DNA from: Candidatus Saccharimonadota bacterium
Lineage (GTDB): Archaea > Nanobdellota > Nanobdellia > Pacearchaeales > GW2011-AR1
Assembly: GCA_049511795.1 (NCBI GenBank)
Contig: JBEKXS010000001.1
Location: forward strand, 300,001 to 332,000
Reading direction: 5' to 3'
DNA: 32,000 bases
Shown here: positions 14,976 through 21,256 of the stretch, in pieces
Layout of the letters: the number at the start of each line of letters is the position of its first letter
How positions within the stretch are numbered: the first letter of the stretch is position 1
Notes under the pieces: model-generated
The model's database searches: none
What the model was told of the DNA's origin: nothing
What the model saw: only the letters and a program-made list of their open reading frames with translations
Position numbers and translations under genes: made by a program

Positions 14976-14995
14976 TATATTTCTTAAGATAATGT

Positions 14996-15604
14996 ATGTT
15001 TGGGTGGCTTTTTGGTAAAAAAGAGAATGAAGCACTAAAAGAGGACACAAAAAAAGGATTTGATTCTGTCAAAAAAGACATAAATTCTGTTGTTGGATGG
15101 ATTAAACACCTTGATTCTGAAGGAAATTCTATGAAAAAAGAAATTAATGAGCTAAAAGAAGCTTTATCGTCGATACAAAATGACATGGAAGGGATGAAAA
15201 ATGTTGTTGCAATAATGAATGAGCTAAGTCCAAAGGCAAAAAATCAAACAGCTAAACAGCTGTTTAACAAACAACCCTCTGTTTATGCTGTTCAAACAGG
15301 TGTTCAAACAGGTGTTCAAACACCAAATTTTGACCAATTTTCAGTAACAGAAAGAGCAATTATTTGGGTACTTTTAAATTCTGATTTAAAATTAGGATAT
15401 GATGATCTTGCTGCAATGCTTGGAAAAGAGAGATCAACAATAAGGGGGCATTTGAACAGAATAAAACAGAAAAGTACAGGATTAATAGAAGAAATCGTTG
15501 AGAAAAATGGGAAAAAAAGGGTATTTGTACCTGAAGAAGTGAAGGAAAAACTATTGAAAAGGGTAAAAGTGAGGCTTAAAGAAGGCAAAAAAGACAAAAA
15601 ATAG
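14996..15604 (+). CDS. Coiled-coil / linker / C-terminal winged-HTH DNA-binding protein (uncharacterised family)
   Basis: 202 aa. N-terminal heptad-rich region (FDSVKKDINSVVGWIKHLDSEGNSMKKEINELKEAL), a VQTGVQTGVQT linker, an HTH (SVTERAIIWVLL...LGYDDLAAMLGKERSTIRGHLNRIKQK) and a basic tail. Confidence 0.7.
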   Translation: MFGWLFGKKENEALKEDTKKGFDSVKKDINSVVGWIKHLDSEGNSMKKEINELKEALSSIQNDMEGMKNVVAIMNELSPKAKNQTAKQLFNKQPSVYAVQTGVQTGVQTPNFDQFSVTERAIIWVLLNSDLKLGYDDLAAMLGKERSTIRGHLNRIKQKSTGLIEEIVEKNGKKRVFVPEEVKEKLLKRVKVRLKEGKKDKK

Positions 15605-15847
15605 AGGAAAATGAAGGTTTTAAGCTAAAAATTAAAGGAAGAAAGTCAAAAAGTGAGAGTTGTTGATAAGGATTTCAAAGGAAAAAATTAGATAAAAAAT
15701 CAAAAATAAGAGAAAACAAAGAAAAATTAAAGAAAGAGTGAAAAAATAAAAAGTCTGAAAGTCGGAAAAAGAGGGTTATTAAGGCTTTTAGGGGAAACTA
15801 TATTAATTAATCGGTATAACGATTAGTTGGTAATTTAATAAGAAGAA

Positions 15848-16660
15848 TTAAATGTCCCTTAGCTGCAGAATCGTCGACAAAGAGGCCACTTTCTTGAGGT
15901 TTTGGGAAACACTCAGCATGATCTGTTTGTTATTTATTTTTGTTTTATCGACGGGAATTCCTTTTTTAAGCAGCCTTCTTATGTAATCTCTTATAGAGCT
16001 TTCTGTAAGTTTTAGTTTCTCAGCAAGAACTCGGTATTCAACAGGGCCTTGTTCTTCCTCTAGCTGGTATAATGTCGAGAAAACCATGAGCTCCTGGTCT
16101 GTAAGATTCTTGAATTTAAGCCTGATTTCCTTCTTCAAACTGTCTAGGGAATCCAGCATTTTTGCAGCATCTTCTATAGGGCTTTGAGATTGGGTTTGAA
16201 AAATTGGCTTTTTAGGCTGGATTATAGGGGATTTTTGTGTGAAAACATGCTGTTGCAAGGGGTTTTTTGGCTTGTTCTCAAGCCAATTGTCTGTCTGTTG
16301 GTCTGTCTGTCTGTCTGTTGGAACCCCTTCATTTCCAGTGGAAAAACCTTGATTTTGGGGTTTTAAAGGGTTTAAAGGCCAACTATGTGTTGGAAAATGT
16401 GTTGGAGTTGTCTGATTTATATGTTGGTTTGCTGGATGTATTGTTGGTTGGTTTATTGGTAAATTTTGTGGTTTTGTGTTGATTTTTTTCAATTCCAAAG
16501 AAATTTTTTCAAGGATTTCACAGATTTTGCCCAAGTCTTGCTTCATTTCAGACATGTCTTTTTTTAAAACAGAAATATCAAAATTAAGAATGTCTATGTC
16601 TCTTTTAACATTCTGGAATGATTCTTTTATTTTGTTGCTGTCTCCTTCCTGTGAGTCCAT
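15848..16660 (-). CDS. Coiled-coil / long P,Q,T-rich linker / C-terminal winged-HTH protein; paralog of the 14996-15604 product
   Basis: 270 aa. The N-terminal FQNVKRDIDILNFDISVLKKDMSEMKQDL parallels FDSVKKDINSVV... in the partner. The linker is about 110 aa of low complexity. The HTH reads LTDQELMVFSTLYQLEEEQGPVEYRVLAEKLKLTESSIRDYIRRLLKKG. Confidence 0.7.
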   Translation of the reverse strand: MDSQEGDSNKIKESFQNVKRDIDILNFDISVLKKDMSEMKQDLGKICEILEKISLELKKINTKPQNLPINQPTIHPANQHINQTTPTHFPTHSWPLNPLKPQNQGFSTGNEGVPTDRQTDQQTDNWLENKPKNPLQQHVFTQKSPIIQPKKPIFQTQSQSPIEDAAKMLDSLDSLKKEIRLKFKNLTDQELMVFSTLYQLEEEQGPVEYRVLAEKLKLTESSIRDYIRRLLKKGIPVDKTKINNKQIMLSVSQNLKKVASLSTILQLRDI

Positions 16661-16732
16661 CGTTTTTTGAAATAATGCCCATATAAAAAGTTAAGTCTCT
16701 TTCAGTATACATATTTGCCCAATAACTGAAAA

Positions 16733-17014
16733 TTATTCTTTCTCAGGTGCGCCAATTGATTTGTAAGCGCTATATACTGAATCACTGAGCTTCCATCTTG
16801 ACCTTTTCATGTAGTCTTTTCCCTTGGAATTCTTCTTGATTTCAAGAACAAGGGCTTTCTTCTTCAGGTCAAGGAGAAGTGCTTTGACAAATTCCTCATC
16901 CCTGACAACTTCCTGGGCAATATGGGATGTAAAATCAGATCTTGGTGAGATAGAATAAAGGAATGCGAGTATTTGCTCTGAGATTTTATCTTTCTTATTG
17001 TTAGATATATTCAT
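16733..17014 (-). CDS. Small winged-helix DNA-binding protein
   Basis: 93 aa. ISEQILAFLYSISPRSDFTSHIAQEVVRDEEFVKALLLDLKKKALV is a typical wHTH layout (H1-H2-recognition helix-wing). Confidence 0.5.
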   Translation of the reverse strand: MNISNNKKDKISEQILAFLYSISPRSDFTSHIAQEVVRDEEFVKALLLDLKKKALVLEIKKNSKGKDYMKRSRWKLSDSVYSAYKSIGAPEKE

Positions 17015-17041
17015 AGAAAAGAGCTGTTTCTTAATTTTAAA

Positions 17042-17470
17042 TTACTTTTCTTTTTTCTCTTCTGTATTCTCGTTGCTTACAACAGGCATAGGCATGTGTG
17101 TAGGAAGATTCATTTCATCTTCCAATTCAAGGGCCTTTATTGTTGCCTTTCTAAGAATTATATTGAAAACAACATTTCTGAACTCGTCTGGAAGTTTCTT
17201 TTTCTTCCAGTCTCTTAAAGTGTCTTTTGCCTGCTGCTCTTCTAAAGAAAGGATTATTGTGCCTTTAAGGTCGATTTTAGCTATTTCTGGGTCGTATTTA
17301 ACAGTGTAAATAAAGTCAATTTGAATTGGCTTTTCCTCGCCCTTCAAAATATTATCTTTAAGCTCTTCAATATCTTCAATATCTATGTTGGAATTGACGC
17401 TTAATTCTCCCTGTTTTCCTTTGAGTCTTTCAACACTTATCTTACTAAAATTAAATCCCAATATTCTCAT
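17042..17470 (-). CDS. Hypothetical protein (weak resemblance to a SecB-like chaperone fold)
   Basis: 142 aa. Beta-rich N-terminal half, then VVFNIILRKATIKALELEDEMNLPTHMPMP, which is reminiscent of the SecB C-terminal helix/loop. Pattern-level similarity only. Confidence 0.5.
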   Translation of the reverse strand: MRILGFNFSKISVERLKGKQGELSVNSNIDIEDIEELKDNILKGEEKPIQIDFIYTVKYDPEIAKIDLKGTIILSLEEQQAKDTLRDWKKKKLPDEFRNVVFNIILRKATIKALELEDEMNLPTHMPMPVVSNENTEEKKEK

Positions 17471-17585
17471 GAAAAGTAGAAATGTAAGGTATTTTTAAAG
17501 TTTTAGTAATTTTAAAAATAATATCAATAGAATGAGAATATTCTTTACAATGAAAGATAATCTGGCTTAATTTAGAACTGTCTGA

Positions 17586-17846
17586 TTAAACTAAATCTTC
17601 TTCTGAAACTATCACAAAGTCCCCTATTGCTATGATAGAATTGTAAGGAACAAGAAGCTCATTTGATGAGGTCTTTTCCAGGTTCAAATTTCTCGTATAA
17701 GGGGTAGAATCTTTCACTACCAAACTTATAAGCTCACCTGATTTTGTCTCAAAGGTGACGTCCCTGACAAAGCCCAGTCTCTTTCCTTCTTTAGTCACAA
17801 TCATCTTTCCTACTATACTTCTAAAGGGATTTTTATCGCCTTGCAT
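17586..17846 (-). CDS. PRC-barrel domain protein
   Basis: 86 aa. GKMIVTKEGKRLGFVRDVTFETKSGELISLVV...LVPYNSIIAIGDFVIV matches the PRC-barrel pattern common in archaea. Confidence 0.7.
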   Translation of the reverse strand: MQGDKNPFRSIVGKMIVTKEGKRLGFVRDVTFETKSGELISLVVKDSTPYTRNLNLEKTSSNELLVPYNSIIAIGDFVIVSEEDLV

Positions 17847-17947
17847 GCAAAACTGAGAAAGAAATAATATTTAAACTTTTCTGTAAAATTAAATAGATTT
17901 CAGAGGATATGAAAGAAACAGATAAAAGAGAAGAATTAAAGGAAAAC

Positions 17948-18356
17948 ACACCCTCACCCCCTTATTTCCCATAGAAGTATTTAAAAAGAAAAAATTGATT
18001 TTTTTATTTATATTATTTATTTAAAAAAATTTATATTATATAGTATATAGATATATTATATTTTATTATTATATTATAATTATTTACTATAATTTAGTTA
18101 TTTTATCTTATTTTCTTTAAAATTTATTATTAATTTAATTAAGATAATTAATAATTTAATATAACCTAATTAAAATTTTTCTTAGCTAATTCTTGTTAAG
18201 GACTAAAATCCAAAAAATCAAGCAAAAATCCTTTTCCACATGAAATTGAGGCGTTCTTCTTTATTAGTAGTCATAAGTGTTTATATAAAGAATTATTTTT
18301 TTGCCGTTACAAAATATTTCAGGCTTAATTTCTCCACAAGAAACATACGTGTGAGG
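17948..18356. other. Predicted chromosomal replication origin (oriC): ORB-like boxes flanking an A+T-rich unwinding element
   Basis: By my count 18001-18180 holds only 9 G/C in 180 nt. On the left the minus strand reads CTTCTATGGGAAATAAGGGGGTGAGGG (17948-17977). On the right are TTTCCACATGAAATTGAGGCG (18233-18253) and TCTCCACAAGAAACATACGTGTGAGG (18329-18356). orc1/cdc6 lies immediately downstream. Confidence 0.6.
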
Positions 18357-18390
18357 TATAAGCAGGAAATTAAGGGCGAAAAGAGAGAAA

Positions 18391-19602
18391 ATGAAAGCAG
18401 AACTAGACAAAATATTTGAATCTTTCGACGGAAACAGAATCTTCAAAGACAAATCTATTTTGCAAAGCAATTACAGGCCTGAAGAAATTCCGCACAGGGA
18501 AGAACAGATAAAACAAGTTGCTTCAATACTTGCTCCAGTTCTCAGGGGAGAAAGAACAAGCAATCTTTTTCTTTACGGGAAAACAGGTTCTGGAAAAACA
18601 CTTTCAATTCTCTATGTTAGAGATGAACTGCTGAAAAGGGCAAAGAAAGACAGCGACTTCAACCTAAGAATAGAATACCTAAACTGCAAGCTGAAAAAGG
18701 TTTCTGACACAGAATACAGGATTCTTGCTGAAATGATTAAGAAGCTTGGCGGAGAAGTGCCAAATACTGGATTGCCAACAGAGACAGTTTACAGCAAGTT
18801 TATAGAAATGGTTGACAAAGAGAAACAATTCCTTGTCTTTATTTTGGATGAAATAGACCAAGCTGTAAAAAAAATTTCAAGCGACTTTCTTTACAATCTG
18901 ACAAGGCTTAACTCTGAATTGTCAAAATCACAGATTTGCATTGTTGGAATAAGCAATGACCTTACTTTCCTAGACAACCTTGACCCAAGAGTAAGAAGCT
19001 CTCTTTCTGAAGAAGAAATTGTATTTCCACCATATAATGCATTACAACTCCAGGAGATTCTTAACAAAAGAGCTGAAAACGCATTCAAAGAAAAGGTTGT
19101 TCAGGAAGGTGTCATCGCAAAATGCGCTGCATTTGCTGCAAGGGAGCATGGAGATGCAAGAAGAGCCCTTGACCTGCTCAGAATTGCAGGAGAGATTGCA
19201 GAAAGGGATAATTCAAAGAAAATAATGATGAAATATCTTGATGAGGCAAACACGAAAATTGAAAGGGACAAAATTCTTGATGTAATAAAGACAGAGCCAA
19301 AGCAATTCCAGTATGTTTTGCACTCAATAATAAATTTATCTGAAAAAAATAACGGCAGTCCTGTTTTCACAGGAGATGTTTACAATTTTTATGAGGAAGT
19401 ATGCCTGAAAAACAAGGCAGAAGTTTTGACCCAAAGGCGTGTTTCAGACATTATACAGGAATTTGACATGCTGGGAATAATCAATGTCAAGGTTGTTTCA
19501 AAAGGAAGAGGGGGAAGAATGAGGGAAATTAAACTTGCAATTGCAAAATCAATTACTGAGAAAGCAAAGGAAATAATTGAAGAATCTTTGAGATATAATT
19601 AA
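18391..19602 (+). CDS. cdc6: Orc1/Cdc6 replication initiator (AAA+ with a C-terminal winged helix)
   Basis: 403 aa. Walker A GKTGSGKT, Walker B FILDEID, sensor regions, GDARRALDLLR, and a C-terminal wHTH. Confidence 0.95.
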   Translation: MKAELDKIFESFDGNRIFKDKSILQSNYRPEEIPHREEQIKQVASILAPVLRGERTSNLFLYGKTGSGKTLSILYVRDELLKRAKKDSDFNLRIEYLNCKLKKVSDTEYRILAEMIKKLGGEVPNTGLPTETVYSKFIEMVDKEKQFLVFILDEIDQAVKKISSDFLYNLTRLNSELSKSQICIVGISNDLTFLDNLDPRVRSSLSEEEIVFPPYNALQLQEILNKRAENAFKEKVVQEGVIAKCAAFAAREHGDARRALDLLRIAGEIAERDNSKKIMMKYLDEANTKIERDKILDVIKTEPKQFQYVLHSIINLSEKNNGSPVFTGDVYNFYEEVCLKNKAEVLTQRRVSDIIQEFDMLGIINVKVVSKGRGGRMREIKLAIAKSITEKAKEIIEESLRYN

Positions 19603-19621
19603 TTTTACACCGTAAAATAAC

Positions 19622-21253
19622 ATGGACACAAAAGAAATCCTAAAATTTTGTATGGAACGAGGCCTACTTTTGGATCCAGAGGTCCTTAATCTTTTCAGCG
19701 ACGTTGCAGATGATGACTCTGTCAAACTTATTATAGACAGAATTCAGAGGTATACGCAAAAAAGAATTATAACAAAAGATATTATTGAGAAAAATAAAGA
19801 GCAAGTTAGCGAATTTTTTCTTGAACTGCCAAAAGAAAATCAGGCAAAATTAGAGAGGCTTAAGATAAAGCTCGGATTGCAAATAGAAATTTCAAAAGAA
19901 AGCGCTGTTGTTTCACAGAATCCAACGAATACATACACAATATTGAATCCTGATGATTTGAATGAGCAGTCAAAAGTCGTTGTTTTGTCAAAAACACCTT
20001 CTTTCAGGAAAAAAATAGAGGTTGACGATTTTGTAAAAACAATGAGAAACAGAATTCTTGAAATGAAAGAAATGCTACAGGAGCACCCTGACCTTGACGG
20101 GCTTATTTCAATAAACAAGCTTTCAAAAACTAGACAGAAAGTCTCAATCATTGGAATGGTTTCTGACAAAAGAATAACAAAAAACAAAAACATAATTTTC
20201 GAGGTTGAAGACCTAACAGGAAAGATAAAAGTTCTTGTTAGCCAGGGAAAAGATGAGCTTTTCAAGAAAGCAGATGAAATTTCACTAGATAGTGTGATGG
20301 GATTTACTGGTTTCGGAGACAGGGAAATATTTTTTGCAAATGATGTTGTTTTTCCAGATGCATTTCTTCCTGAAAGAAAGCATTCACCATTTGAGGAAAG
20401 CGCTTTGTTTATCGGAGATATTCATTATGGAAGCAAGCTTTTCATGGAAGATAGCTTTCTCAAATTTATAGATTATGTGAATGGGAAAGGCGGTAAGCCT
20501 GCAGAAGCAGAAAAAATAAAATACATTTTTATTAATGGAGATATGGTTGCTGGTGTTGGAGTTTATCCTGGCCAACAAAGAGACCTTAAAGTTGAAGACC
20601 TGGAGGTACAGTTTCAAGGATTTGCTGAATTATTAAGCAAAATAAGACGCAATATCAAAATTATAATTTCTCCAGGAAATCATGATGGTGTTAGGTTAAT
20701 GGAACCCCAGCCAATGCTAGATGAAAAATATGCATGGCCATTATACAATATGAAAAATGTTACACTTACTGGAAATCCAACATACTTAAATATCGGAGCT
20801 GGAAAAAACTTTTCTGGATTTAATGTATTGAGCTATCATGGAGGTTCTTATCCTTTTTACTCAAACACTGTCCCAAGCCTTATGAAGAAGGCACTGAACG
20901 AACCTGAAAAAATAATGGCTTATCTTCTGAAGAACAGGCATCTTGCACCAACTTATTCTTCTGTGCAAATGTTTCCTTCTGAAAAAGATGAACTTGTAAT
21001 TAAAAAAATACCAGATATTTTTGTTTCAGGGCACATACACAAATGCGCTGTTACATATTACAATAATGTGATGATTGTTTCAGGAGCGGGTTGGGAAGAA
21101 GAAACAGAATACCAGAAAAGAAAAGGAATTACTCTGGATTTCTGCAAAGTTCCTTCGTTCAATTTGAGGACAAGGGAAGTAAAAATTCTTGACTTTGATA
21201 TCAAGGAAGAACATGAAAAACTTATGCACAGAGAGCTGAAAATTAAAGAATAA
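19622..21253 (+). CDS. dp1: DNA polymerase II (PolD) small subunit DP1, with calcineurin-like phosphoesterase/exonuclease domain
   Basis: 543 aa. An OB-fold region is followed by phosphoesterase motifs GDIHYGS, NGDMV, SPGNHD and GHIH. Confidence 0.9.
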   Translation: MDTKEILKFCMERGLLLDPEVLNLFSDVADDDSVKLIIDRIQRYTQKRIITKDIIEKNKEQVSEFFLELPKENQAKLERLKIKLGLQIEISKESAVVSQNPTNTYTILNPDDLNEQSKVVVLSKTPSFRKKIEVDDFVKTMRNRILEMKEMLQEHPDLDGLISINKLSKTRQKVSIIGMVSDKRITKNKNIIFEVEDLTGKIKVLVSQGKDELFKKADEISLDSVMGFTGFGDREIFFANDVVFPDAFLPERKHSPFEESALFIGDIHYGSKLFMEDSFLKFIDYVNGKGGKPAEAEKIKYIFINGDMVAGVGVYPGQQRDLKVEDLEVQFQGFAELLSKIRRNIKIIISPGNHDGVRLMEPQPMLDEKYAWPLYNMKNVTLTGNPTYLNIGAGKNFSGFNVLSYHGGSYPFYSNTVPSLMKKALNEPEKIMAYLLKNRHLAPTYSSVQMFPSEKDELVIKKIPDIFVSGHIHKCAVTYYNNVMIVSGAGWEEETEYQKRKGITLDFCKVPSFNLRTREVKILDFDIKEEHEKLMHRELKIKE

Positions 21254-21256
21254 AAA

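Noticed and set aside
14563-15186. Minus-strand ORFs of 70 aa (14563-14775) and 86 aa (14926-15186) in and beside the iteron region
   Set aside because: Both are F/S/N-rich with no start context. The first lies in a repeat- and palindrome-rich stretch. The second overlaps the promoter and 5' end of the better-supported plus-strand wHTH gene.
12542-17014. Interpretation as an intact provirus or integrated plasmid
   Set aside because: No replication initiator, helicase, packaging ATPase or capsid-like genes are present. No flanking direct repeats or tRNA target were found by eye. It is kept only as a hypothesis of a remnant or domesticated module.
16998-17309. 103-aa plus-strand ORF overlapping the 142-aa minus-strand gene
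   Set aside because: Its composition is of low complexity (S/F/L-rich), and it is antisense to a better-formed ORF that belongs to a co-directional gene string.
17990-18180. AT-rich block considered as a CRISPR leader or array, or a degenerate IS or terminal repeat
   Set aside because: There is no repeat-spacer periodicity and no terminal inverted repeats or transposase. Its position directly upstream of cdc6, with ORB-like boxes on both sides, fits an origin unwinding element.
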